Below are positions 52,011 through 60,757 of a stretch of 64,000 nucleotides of DNA, one piece after another. The notes beneath the pieces are model-generated. The model searched no databases. It saw only the letters and a program-made list of their open reading frames with translations, and had not been told where the DNA came from. The stretch is taken from assembly GCA_965197645.1 (NCBI GenBank), contig OZ240219.1:2464001-2528000 (forward strand), in the 5' to 3' direction. This DNA comes from Dehalococcoidia bacterium (GTDB lineage: Bacteria; Chloroflexota; Dehalococcoidia; Plut-88900). Within the stretch, counting starts at the first letter, position 1. The number at the start of each line of letters is the position of its first letter. The position numbers and the translations under genes are program-made.

Positions 52011-52919
52011 TCACAGCCTGCGTTCGTACCAGAGGGTAACCGCCCTTCTCTTGAACCCCCCGCCAGTGTAGATCTTGTGGGCGCTGGGGTTCCCACTGTC
52101 CACCGTCAGGTGTACCTCGTCCGCCCCCGCGCCTCTCAGGTAATCTACGCCTGCCCTCATCACCGCCACCCCTAGACCGAGGCCTCGATACTCAGGATGG
52201 CTGCCCATCATCCCTATGAACCCCGTCTTCGTTCCCCCCACCTCTTCGATGCGGGTCCAGTTGAACCCTATGGGCTTCTCTCCCTCGACGATGAACAGGA
52301 TTCCTTCGGGGCGGTAGATGCTCATGTGCGCCCGGTACCGGACGTCTTCGATGGTGTTTGGGCAGAATCCCCAGTGGCGGCTGAAGGATAGGTTCAGGAT
52401 ACTCATCAGGTTTTCCTCGTCCCCCTCGGCCCACGAGCGCAAACGGAACCCCGAAGGTATCATCGGCGGCGGCACCTGGGATGGATCGCTCTGGCCCATC
52501 TCCCAGTACTTGCGAACCTGCTTGAACCCCATCTCCTTTGCCAGGCGACGGGTACGCAGCGCTCCGTACGGCGTGGGGATGTGAGCGATCTTTATCCCCG
52601 TCTTCTCCGCCAGCTCCACCGATCTTCCCACCAACCCGGCTCCGGCGCCCCGACCCAGATATTCCGGGTCCACGCCGCCCTCCATCACTATCCTCTTCAA
52701 CGGGTACTCCAGCGAGTTCTGCAGATAACCTATGGGCCTGTCGCCTTCATAGGCTAGGAAAAGGTCCTCTTCGGGATTGAGGTTCGGCTGACCAAGCCGC
52801 TCCCTTATACGATCGCTGTTGATCGCCGTCCACCAGGTGTCTGGGCCGTGCACCCGTACCGACAGGTCGAAGAAGGCCTCCAGGTCGCTCCAGCGGAAGT
52901 TCTTGACGTGGATAGCTAT
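52011..52919 (-). CDS. Tandem-GNAT acetyltransferase, MshD-like (ATA start inferred)
   Basis: Two GNAT repeats (VDPEYLGRGAG; GFNWTR..GSHPEYRGLGLG..LTVDSGN..YTGGGF); extended -10 TGCTACAAT at 52983-52991. Confidence 0.65.
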   Translation of the reverse strand: MAIHVKNFRWSDLEAFFDLSVRVHGPDTWWTAINSDRIRERLGQPNLNPEEDLFLAYEGDRPIGYLQNSLEYPLKRIVMEGGVDPEYLGRGAGAGLVGRSVELAEKTGIKIAHIPTPYGALRTRRLAKEMGFKQVRKYWEMGQSDPSQVPPPMIPSGFRLRSWAEGDEENLMSILNLSFSRHWGFCPNTIEDVRYRAHMSIYRPEGILFIVEGEKPIGFNWTRIEEVGGTKTGFIGMMGSHPEYRGLGLGVAVMRAGVDYLRGAGADEVHLTVDSGNPSAHKIYTGGGFKRRAVTLWYERRL

Positions 52920-53061
52920 GGAGTTCTCCCGGAAAGTGAAGGTTGAGTGTCGAGATTGTTTAGGGTTGACACTTCGGCCACGATTGTAGCAAAGTAATTC
53001 GTCGCCAGCAATTGAACACACCCCAGGATACCCCCCCGATCCTAGACTCACCAGGAGACCA

Positions 53062-53766
53062 TTGATGGATTCAACCCCCCAACGAGTGGCAGTAGTCACA
53101 CCTCACCCCGACGACTTCGAGATCGGGTGCGCCGGAACGGTAGCGAAGTGGATCAAAGAGGGGGCCGAGGCGGTACTGATAGTATCCACCAACGGAGACA
53201 AGGGCACTGAAGACCCCGAGATGACGTCCGAGAAGCTGGCCGCCATCAGACGGCAGGAACAGCTGAATGCCGCTGAGGTGATCGGTCTCAAGGAGGTGGT
53301 CTTCCTCGATTACCCGGACGGCAGCCTAGAGGACAGCGTGGAGTTCCGCGGCCAGCTCGTCCGGCTGTTCCGCCTCCACAGGCCGGAGGTGGTCTTCACT
53401 ACGGACCCTTTCCGGCGCAGCCATTACATCCATCGGGACCATCGCATGGCCGGCCACGTATCATTGGACGCGGCTTTCCCCTACGCCCGGGACAGGCTCC
53501 ACTTTCCCGATCATGCCAAAGAAGGGTTGATGCCCCACAAGGTCCAGCAGCTCTACTTCTGGGGCAGCGAAGACCCGGACACTTTCGAGGATATCTCCAT
53601 CTCCATAGACCTGAAAATCGAGGCTCTCAAGTGTCACCTCAGCCAGATCTCCGCCGACGACGGATGGAACGTGGACGAGGGCATCAGGGAATGGGCCAGC
53701 AGCCATGGCAAAGACCACAGTATGGAGTATGCCGAGGCCTTCCGGGTCTTTAACTTCCGCGATTAA
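53062..53766 (+). CDS. PIG-L family deacetylase (MshB/BshB-like)
   Basis: PHPDD, TNGDKG, R..E, LDYPDG, HRDH, KIEALKCHLSQ. Confidence 0.88.
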   Translation: MMDSTPQRVAVVTPHPDDFEIGCAGTVAKWIKEGAEAVLIVSTNGDKGTEDPEMTSEKLAAIRRQEQLNAAEVIGLKEVVFLDYPDGSLEDSVEFRGQLVRLFRLHRPEVVFTTDPFRRSHYIHRDHRMAGHVSLDAAFPYARDRLHFPDHAKEGLMPHKVQQLYFWGSEDPDTFEDISISIDLKIEALKCHLSQISADDGWNVDEGIREWASSHGKDHSMEYAEAFRVFNFRD

Positions 53767-53778
53767 CGAAGGTGTCTG

Positions 53779-54528
53779 TTGTTTGATCTACATTCCCACA
53801 TCCTTCCCGGCCTCGACGATGGCGCAAAATCGATGCGTGAGGCGGTCGAGATGGTCCGGGTTGCCGCCGAGGACGGCACCCGGGCAATTCTAGCGACACC
53901 CCACAGCAAGGACGTGCAGGAAGCATCGGCCCACCGGCAGGTGCTCGACGCCATCGACACCCTTCGAAGCCAGGCCAAGGCCGCCGGAATCGACATCGAT
54001 ATCCTGCTGGGAATGGAAAACCACGTGACACCGAACCTGCCACTCCTGGTCGAAAAGGGCGTGGGCTATCCGATAAACGGCCATGGCTACATCCTAGTCG
54101 AGCTACCTTTCCACAGCTACCCCGACTACGTTGACGATGTGCTATCGGAGCTTCTGCATGAAGGCTACACACCCATCGTGGCCCATCCTGAGCGGCAGGA
54201 ATCGATACAACGGGACCTCTCCATCATGGAGCGGCTGGTGGAACTAGGGATCATGGGACAGGTGACGTCCACCAGCATCACCGGCAGGTTTGGACCCGAC
54301 GTCTTACAGTTTGCGCGGACCCTGATGGAGAGAGACCTGGTCCATCTCATAGCATCCGATTGTCATCGGCCCACCGGGCCCCGGTCTCCGGCCATGGCGG
54401 AGGCGGTGAAGGAGGCGGCCAGGCTTGTGGGCGCCGATAGGGCTAACGCGATGGCCGTATCCATCCCCCAAGCCATCCTGGAGGGCCGGCCGGTGGAGAT
54501 GGGCTTGCCAGCCAAGAAAAACAGTTGA
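53779..54528 (+). CDS. CpsB/CapC-type PHP protein-tyrosine phosphatase
   Basis: DLHSHILPGLDDGA, ATPH, LVELP, AHPER, ASDCH. Confidence 0.88.
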   Translation: MFDLHSHILPGLDDGAKSMREAVEMVRVAAEDGTRAILATPHSKDVQEASAHRQVLDAIDTLRSQAKAAGIDIDILLGMENHVTPNLPLLVEKGVGYPINGHGYILVELPFHSYPDYVDDVLSELLHEGYTPIVAHPERQESIQRDLSIMERLVELGIMGQVTSTSITGRFGPDVLQFARTLMERDLVHLIASDCHRPTGPRSPAMAEAVKEAARLVGADRANAMAVSIPQAILEGRPVEMGLPAKKNS

Positions 54529-54540
54529 AAGCGGTGAAAC

Positions 54541-55437
54541 ATGGGCTATAGCGAGCTACAAGACCGCCTGGCGAACGATGAGATAGTAGTCCTGGATGGC
54601 GGTATGGGGACGGAGGTAAAGCGACGGACCGGCAAGCCTGGGACCAGCGTCCTAGCCGTGAACGAAATGGTCGAGTCTCCCGACCTGATCAAGAGCATTC
54701 ACACCTCTTACATCGATGCCGGCGCCGACGTGATCACCGCCAACACCTACGACTTGAACGGCCCGGCCCTGGCTAAACCCGGCCTCGACGCCGATGATGC
54801 CTGGCCCTTGACATCGCAGGCCGTTCGTATCGCCCGGGAAGCCAGGGAAGAGGCAACAAACGGCCGGGATGTCCTCATAGCCGGCTCCCTCGGCCCCCTG
54901 GGCTCCGACTACGATCCCGACGACGTCCCCGACTACGATACCTGCCTCGCCGCCTACCGGGAACAGGTCGAGGTTATGGCAGATGAAGGGGTGGACATGG
55001 TCCTGGTAGAAACGACGGCCCGGGTGCGGTCTGCCAGAGCCGGGGTTGCTGCGGCGGCGGAAGTTGGCCTGCCCGCCTGGGCCGCACTCCTGGCCGATGA
55101 TCACGGCCGGGTGAAAAGCGCTGAGCCGCTGGACGCTGCCGTTGATACCCTCGTCTCCGAGGGCGCTTCAGCCGTCCTCATCAACTGCACTCAACCGCCC
55201 CAGGTATCAAGGGCCATGGAGAGTTTGTCCCAGTATCAGCGGGTCCCCTTCGGGGCCTACGCTCAGGCGGCAGTCTACACAGGCAAGGGTTGGGAGTTCG
55301 GACCATCCAGGACTCCTCAGGAGTATCTCGACTGCGCCCGAGACTGGGTCTCGAAGGGCGCCCGAATCGTCGGCGGCTGCTGCGGCACCAACCCGGACCA
55401 CATCAAAGCTCTCCGGTCCCATTTCTCCCAGCCGTAA
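54541..55437 (+). CDS. Homocysteine S-methyltransferase family protein
   Basis: LDGGMGTE, YIDAGAD, AGSLGP, INC, GGCCGT zinc ligands. Confidence 0.88.
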   Translation: MGYSELQDRLANDEIVVLDGGMGTEVKRRTGKPGTSVLAVNEMVESPDLIKSIHTSYIDAGADVITANTYDLNGPALAKPGLDADDAWPLTSQAVRIAREAREEATNGRDVLIAGSLGPLGSDYDPDDVPDYDTCLAAYREQVEVMADEGVDMVLVETTARVRSARAGVAAAAEVGLPAWAALLADDHGRVKSAEPLDAAVDTLVSEGASAVLINCTQPPQVSRAMESLSQYQRVPFGAYAQAAVYTGKGWEFGPSRTPQEYLDCARDWVSKGARIVGGCCGTNPDHIKALRSHFSQP

Positions 55438-55459
55438 CGGGGCATTCCCCTACCCCTCG

Positions 55460-55489
55460 TTGACAACGCCGTCGGCTCGAACCTAAGAT
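55460..55489 (+). promoter_or_regulatory. Promoter of phosphotriesterase-family gene
   Basis: TTGACA-N18-TAAGAT; SD AGGAGG. Confidence 0.6.
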
Positions 55490-55517
55490 TACTCCAGTCC
55501 CAAGCTAGGAGGAGCTC

Positions 55518-56570
55518 ATGGCCGCTTCCAATCTCGCAGGAAAAGTCCAGACCGTTCTCGGGACCATCGAACCCGACGACCTAGGGGTAACTGTCACCCA
55601 CGAACACCTGTTGATGAACTTCAAACCCCTTTTCGTCGAGCCGACCACCGCCGGGGACAGGGGCATCTCCCAGAGACCGATCACGCTGGACGATCTGGCC
55701 TGGATCCGGTTCAACTGGGCCAGCCACTGGAGCCATCTGGGGCTGGAAAACGAGACCGAAGCCATTGAAGAGGTCGCCCTGTACTATCGGGCCGGCGGCC
55801 AGAGCCTCGTCGAGGCCAGCAGCATCGGGCTGGGACGGGACCCGATGGGCCTGGCGAGGATCTCCCGGGCCACGGGCCTCAACGTGATCATGGGTTCGGG
55901 CTACTACCTGGACAACTTCCAGACCGACGCATGGCGAAACGCCAGCGAAGACCAATTGGTCGAAACGATAATCGGCGACCTCACCGAAGGCGTAGACGAC
56001 ACGGGCATCAAATCGGGCATCATCGGCGAAATCGGATGTTCCTGGCCGTGGACCGATAACGAGCGAAAGTCGGTCCGAGCCGCCGCTCGCGCCCAGCGAG
56101 AGACGGGCGCTCCCCTCATCATCCACCCCGGCCGTCATCACTCGGCGCCGAAGGAGATCACCCAGGTCATCGCCGAGTCCGGCGGAGACCTGAGTCGCAC
56201 GATCATGAGCCACATCGATCGCACCATCTCGGACATCGACATCGTTCTGGACCTGGCCAAGACCGGCTGCTGCCTGGAGTACGATCTGTTCGGCCTCGAG
56301 AGCGCCATCTATCCCTTGGCGCCCGTAGACATGCCCAACGATGGCGCGAGAGTAGACCACATCATCCGCCTGGCACAGGAGGGGCATCTGGAGCAGGTGG
56401 TCGTCGCCCACGATACCGCCTTCCAGACCCGCTACGTCCGATACGGAGGCCACGGCTACGCCCATCTGTTGAACAACGTAGTGCCACTGATGCGCCGCAA
56501 GGGCATGACCCGGGAGCAGATCGACACGATATTCATCGAGAACCCCAAGCGCGTCCTGACCTTCACTTAG
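55518..56570 (+). CDS. Phosphotriesterase-related protein
   Basis: VQTVLG, THEHL, GLGRD, GIIGEIG, IHP, SH, HD, GGHGY, ENPKR. Confidence 0.9.
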   Translation: MAASNLAGKVQTVLGTIEPDDLGVTVTHEHLLMNFKPLFVEPTTAGDRGISQRPITLDDLAWIRFNWASHWSHLGLENETEAIEEVALYYRAGGQSLVEASSIGLGRDPMGLARISRATGLNVIMGSGYYLDNFQTDAWRNASEDQLVETIIGDLTEGVDDTGIKSGIIGEIGCSWPWTDNERKSVRAAARAQRETGAPLIIHPGRHHSAPKEITQVIAESGGDLSRTIMSHIDRTISDIDIVLDLAKTGCCLEYDLFGLESAIYPLAPVDMPNDGARVDHIIRLAQEGHLEQVVVAHDTAFQTRYVRYGGHGYAHLLNNVVPLMRRKGMTREQIDTIFIENPKRVLTFT

Positions 56571-56646
56571 AGTGGCTTGGCCCGACCACGGCCGCGCAGC
56601 TAACCAGACGGCCCCATTCAGTCCTCGCCCCCGAACCGGGCCTAGA

Positions 56647-57057
56647 CTACAGTCCAGCGATCCTTACTCTGTCCTCACTTCGCTGGTCAGCTGATCTCAC
56701 GCACTTCATCAGCCCCGGGACACGGATCAACCGTCTCCCAACGGGGTCTACCGCCACGTTGAAAAGCTCCAACGTGGTTGCTCCCAACAAGGGCCCCACT
56801 CCGGGCTCTCCCACCACTACGAGTACAGTCCGTTCTCGATCTCCAATCCGGACTCTCGCTTCCCCAACTTCGTACTCCACAGTCCGATCATCGGCTAACT
56901 GAAACGGTACTGATTCCAGGGATTCGATGCCCAAGTCACGCGCTGTCTCTTGGGGAATGACGGTGTGGGTTGCACCCGTATCGACTAGCGCCTCTACGTC
57001 CAGCCAGCGGCCTCCCTCAACGTAGCCGACCTGAACTTGTACGGAGAATGTGCCCAT
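56647..57057 (-). CDS. Retropepsin-like (clan AA) aspartyl protease
   Basis: ALVDTGAT, LADD, LLGATTLE. Confidence 0.8.
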   Translation of the reverse strand: MGTFSVQVQVGYVEGGRWLDVEALVDTGATHTVIPQETARDLGIESLESVPFQLADDRTVEYEVGEARVRIGDRERTVLVVVGEPGVGPLLGATTLELFNVAVDPVGRRLIRVPGLMKCVRSADQRSEDRVRIAGL

Positions 57058-57169
57058 ATCTTTAGCTCGCCGCTATCAATTCTACCATAGCCTCTTCTTT
57101 CCACGATGCTGTCATGCACATCCACCACTCGAACCAGTACCAACCTTCGCTTATCTCCTCTCCTGTTAT

Positions 57170-57248
57170 GGGTGCAGGGCCTCGCCCTGCCTCTGGCAGG
57201 GGGTTGGGAGATGTGCCCCCAGAATTCAAAACGTCCCAGGGCAGGTGG
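57170..57248 (+). repeat. Dispersed two-hairpin repeat, copy B2
   Basis: cctctggcagggggttgggagatgtgcccccagaattcaaaacgtcccaggg closely matches 32215-32266; extra hairpin gcagggc-ctc-gccctgc. Confidence 0.8.
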
Positions 57249-57261
57249 CTCCGACAACCTC

Positions 57262-58395
57262 TCAACTGAAACCGTACAACCGCGCCGCGTTGGAGTAACT
57301 TATCTTCTCCTGCTCATCCTCCGGCACCCCCGCCAGCACCTCCTGCAGCACCTTCCTCGAGTTGGGCCACGTCGATTCCCGGTGCGGATAGTCGGAACCG
57401 AACATAATGTTGTCCACGCCTATGACCTCTCGGAGGGCTATGCCCAGGGGGTCCTCCTGAAAACACACGAACACGTTCCGACGAAAGACATCGCTGGGCG
57501 TCTTGCCGTCCTTGAACTTTATCTCGGTCACGTACCGGTGCTTCTCGTAGGCCATGTCCATTTGCCAGATGAAATAGGGCGCCCAAGAGAGCTCGTACTC
57601 CACCACGCCGACCTTCAGCTTCGGATGGCGCTCGAAGACGCCGCCGAAGATCATGTTGGCCACCGAGCGACGAACCCAATAGTCCTGAGTGGCACGAAAG
57701 GCCGACGTACCCCGAACACCGGCGTTGTTGGCAAAGGCGCCGATGCGCCCGGGCCCCGGCCTAGCTGATCCCGAATGCATGCCGATGGGCAGCCCGATCT
57801 CCTCGGCAGCGGCCCAGAACGGCTCGAACTCCGGCTCGTCATAGTGGCGCTCCTCGGACTGGTACGCCGGAATCACCAACCCACTGAGCCCCATTTTGGC
57901 GCAGCGCCGGGCCTCGGTCACAGCCTCGCCGATGTCATCGAAGCTGATCACCCCGGTGCCCTTCAGCACTCCTGGATAGGCTCGACCAAAATCCGCCGAC
58001 CAATCGTTCAGCGCCCGAAAGCAGGCCGAAAGGAGCTCGCCGCGGACGTCGACGGTATACAGCCTCGTGCCGATGGTGGAGTAGACCAGCTCTCCCACCA
58101 CCCCATCCACCTCCATTGCCTTGAGCCGCTCGTGGGGATCGTAGGCCGCAGCGGGCGACTCTTCGTAGCTGCCCTCGATTTGCAGCTTCTCCAGGTCCGT
58201 GTACCGGCGTCCCGCTTGGGTGGGTCCTCCGATGGAGCCGATCAGTATGTCTTCATCGACTACCCAGTTATCGACGTCCCCCTGCCGTACAACCCGGGGC
58301 GCCCTGTCACGGAACTCCCGTTCCGTGTAGTTCTGCCACAGGTCCGGCGGCTCCACCACGTGAGAGTCGGCCGAGATCAGCCTGTCCAGCGCCAT
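57262..58395 (-). CDS. Amidohydrolase_2 family protein
   Basis: ISADSHVVEP, YDPHER, NDW, PFWAAAEE...MH, GVFERHPKLK, GSDYPH. Confidence 0.9.
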   Translation of the reverse strand: MALDRLISADSHVVEPPDLWQNYTEREFRDRAPRVVRQGDVDNWVVDEDILIGSIGGPTQAGRRYTDLEKLQIEGSYEESPAAAYDPHERLKAMEVDGVVGELVYSTIGTRLYTVDVRGELLSACFRALNDWSADFGRAYPGVLKGTGVISFDDIGEAVTEARRCAKMGLSGLVIPAYQSEERHYDEPEFEPFWAAAEEIGLPIGMHSGSARPGPGRIGAFANNAGVRGTSAFRATQDYWVRRSVANMIFGGVFERHPKLKVGVVEYELSWAPYFIWQMDMAYEKHRYVTEIKFKDGKTPSDVFRRNVFVCFQEDPLGIALREVIGVDNIMFGSDYPHRESTWPNSRKVLQEVLAGVPEDEQEKISYSNAARLYGFS

Positions 58396-58481
58396 AACTG
58401 CCCGTCCTTCAACAGGGTGTGAAAACTCCTTTTAGACCATCCCACCAGTCTTCTTCCTGCTCAGGAAGAGGGTAGAAATTG

Positions 58482-58538
58482 GATCTGAGGGACACCCTCA
58501 GACCCCCGGCAAAGGGGCTTCGCTCCTCTGCACACCTC
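58482..58538 (-). repeat. Dispersed two-hairpin repeat, copy A2
   Basis: Reverse complement gaggtgtgcagaggagcgaagcccctttgccgggggtctgagggtgtccctcagatc versus 16186-16242; adjacent hairpin tcttcctg-ct-caggaaga (58452-58469). Confidence 0.85.
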
Positions 58539-58554
58539 ATCGTTCGTCAGTCGG

Positions 58555-59544
58555 TTACCCTTCCGACCTCTTCTTCGCCAGCGAGCTGATCGCCTCCATC
58601 ACCACCCTGTTGGCAATGACGGACGTGATGTTGCCCGGGGTATCCCAGGCCGGCAGCACCTCGCTCACGTCCATCCCTACTATGTTCACCCTGGACACGA
58701 TGTACCGCACCGCCCGCAGCAGCTCCATGGAGGTCATCCCGCCCGGCTCCAGGCCCCCCGTCCCGGGGGCGTGGCTGGGATCCAGCACGTCGATGTCCAC
58801 CGAAAGGAACATATACTCGGGGCCGTCCAACGCCTCGTTGATGGCGTCCTCCAGCACGGCGTCGAACCCCCGCTCCTCTATCTCCGACATCAGGTGCCAG
58901 CGCATCCCCTGCTCTTTCATCCAGCGGAATATACTGGGCGGAGGCAGGTAACCCCGCAGGCCCACTTCGATGTAGTTCTCGCCCTTCACGATTCCCCGCT
59001 CGAGGAGCCGCCGTACCGGGGTGCCGTGGTTGACGAGAGAACCCCCGTAGCTCTCCGGGAAGGTATCGGCGTGGGCATCGAAGTGAAGCACGCCCACGTT
59101 TCCGTTTCCGTATCGTTCGGCGACCGCCGTGGTATCGGGCAGCACAATGGTATGGTCTCCTCCCAGCACGATAGGGACCGCCCCCACGTCCACCACCTCT
59201 TTCACCTTGCTGCGGATCGCCTCCATGCTCTCGTCGACCATGTTGGGAGGGCAGTTTGCGTCGCCGTAGTCCACGGCCTTGAGTATCTTCAAAGGCTGTA
59301 CGCCCATGCCGAGGTGATGACTGGGCCAGGGCGGGCTGCCCACGTAGTTGGCCGCTCGGATTGCGTTGGGCCCGAACCGCTGTCCGGGCATTATCACCGC
59401 CCCACTATCGAAGGGAGCGCCGACGATGGCGACGTCGGGCTCCATCTCCCTCAGCTCGTCGGCATCCATGGCGTAAGGGAAATGGTTGAAGGTCTGGAGT
59501 CCTACGTAGCTGGGTCCGCCGCCGGGCGGGTTCAGGTCGGGCAT
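58555..59544 (-). CDS. Ureohydrolase (agmatinase/arginase family), second of tandem pair
   Basis: GAPFD, RFGP, GGDH, DAHAD, HGTP, SVDIDVLDP, GTGGLEPGG, EV. Confidence 0.92.
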   Translation of the reverse strand: MPDLNPPGGGPSYVGLQTFNHFPYAMDADELREMEPDVAIVGAPFDSGAVIMPGQRFGPNAIRAANYVGSPPWPSHHLGMGVQPLKILKAVDYGDANCPPNMVDESMEAIRSKVKEVVDVGAVPIVLGGDHTIVLPDTTAVAERYGNGNVGVLHFDAHADTFPESYGGSLVNHGTPVRRLLERGIVKGENYIEVGLRGYLPPPSIFRWMKEQGMRWHLMSEIEERGFDAVLEDAINEALDGPEYMFLSVDIDVLDPSHAPGTGGLEPGGMTSMELLRAVRYIVSRVNIVGMDVSEVLPAWDTPGNITSVIANRVVMEAISSLAKKRSEG

Positions 59545-59573
59545 CCTAATCGCCTCCGCTGATCGGGCCGTCT

Positions 59574-60566
59574 TTATCTGCTCCGCTTGAGGGCCAGTGC
59601 ACTTATCACCTCCAGCACCACCCGGTGCGCCACCTCGGCGGTCACCGCTCCGTGATCATCGAAGGGGGGCGAAACCTCGACCAGGTCCATCGCCACCAGG
59701 TCTACCGCAGCTACTATGCGCCTCATGGAACGCAGCAGCTCGCTGGGGAGGATCCCGCCCGGTTCAGGGGTTCCGGTACCTGGAGCAAACCCTGGGTCCA
59801 GCACGTCTATATCCACTGAGAGGTAGATGTATTCGGGCCCGTCCAAAGCCTCGTTTATAGCCTGTTCGATAACCTCATTGAAGCCCCGGTCCTCGATCTC
59901 CGCCATCAGGTGCCAGCGCATCCCCTGGGCCTCCATCCACTGCCACACCTCCTCCGGCGGCCAGTAGCCTCGAAGCCCGATCTGCACGAAGTTCTTGGCG
60001 GGAACGGCCCCGCTGTCTATGAGCCTACGCATCGGGCTGCCGTGGGCAATTAACGCCCCGCCGAAGCTGTCGGGAGCCGTATCCGCGTGGGAGTCGAAGT
60101 GGATGATGCCCACCTTGCCGTGTCCCCATCTATCGGCCACGGCGGTAGCCGAGGGCAGCGTTATCGAATGGTCGCCGCCTAGCACCACCGGTAGGACCCC
60201 GGCGCCCACCACTTGACCCACCTTGTCCAGAATCGCCTGGTGGGCCAGCTCCAGCGAGTGGGGCGAGCAGTTGGCGTCCCCGAAGTCCACCACCTTCAGC
60301 ACCTGGAACGGCTTCACACCCGTGGGTATGTGGTACATCGGCTCCACCGGGCTTCCGCCCACGTACCCCGCCGCCATCCGTATCGCTCGGGGGCCGAAGC
60401 GCGTGCCCGGCCGGATGGTGGTGCCCATGTCGAAGGGTGCGCCCATGATGGCGATGTCCGGCTTCGTTTCCCGAAGCTCCTCCAGCGTGGACACGTAGGG
60501 CAGCTTGGAGAAGGTCGCCAGGCCGATGTAGGAGGGTTCGCCGTATTGCGAATAGTCGTTGGTCAT
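59574..60566 (-). CDS. Ureohydrolase (agmatinase/arginase family), first of tandem pair
   Basis: GAPFD, RPGTRFGP, GGDH, DSHAD, HGSP, SVDIDVLDP, GTGTPEPGG, EVSP. Confidence 0.92.
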   Translation of the reverse strand: MTNDYSQYGEPSYIGLATFSKLPYVSTLEELRETKPDIAIMGAPFDMGTTIRPGTRFGPRAIRMAAGYVGGSPVEPMYHIPTGVKPFQVLKVVDFGDANCSPHSLELAHQAILDKVGQVVGAGVLPVVLGGDHSITLPSATAVADRWGHGKVGIIHFDSHADTAPDSFGGALIAHGSPMRRLIDSGAVPAKNFVQIGLRGYWPPEEVWQWMEAQGMRWHLMAEIEDRGFNEVIEQAINEALDGPEYIYLSVDIDVLDPGFAPGTGTPEPGGILPSELLRSMRRIVAAVDLVAMDLVEVSPPFDDHGAVTAEVAHRVVLEVISALALKRSR

Positions 60567-60575
60567 AGTTCCGCC

Positions 60576-60727
60576 ATTCTACAGAGTGGACATATGGCGT
60601 TCAAGCCGACCTGCTGGATAGCGGTCTCGCCCTAGGCGTACCCGTCCAGTGCACTGTGTCCCTTTCAGGCGGCATGCCAAGGCGGAGACGGCTGGCATTT
60701 GACCCGTTGCCGCTCCAAACGTATATT
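60576..60727. promoter_or_regulatory. Divergent promoters between ureohydrolase genes
   Basis: Minus: TTGAAC-N17-TAGAAT (60604-60576). Plus: TTGACC-N17-TATATT (60699-60727). Confidence 0.6.
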
Positions 60728-60757
60728 TACCCTCAACCCACTCTCCGGAGGTATACC

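Noticed and set aside
60567-60757. Guanidine riboswitch near the ureohydrolases (also checked upstream of ureA, 2487-2731)
   Set aside because: No ykkC core or paired ACGR hairpins seen; predicted leaders are too short.
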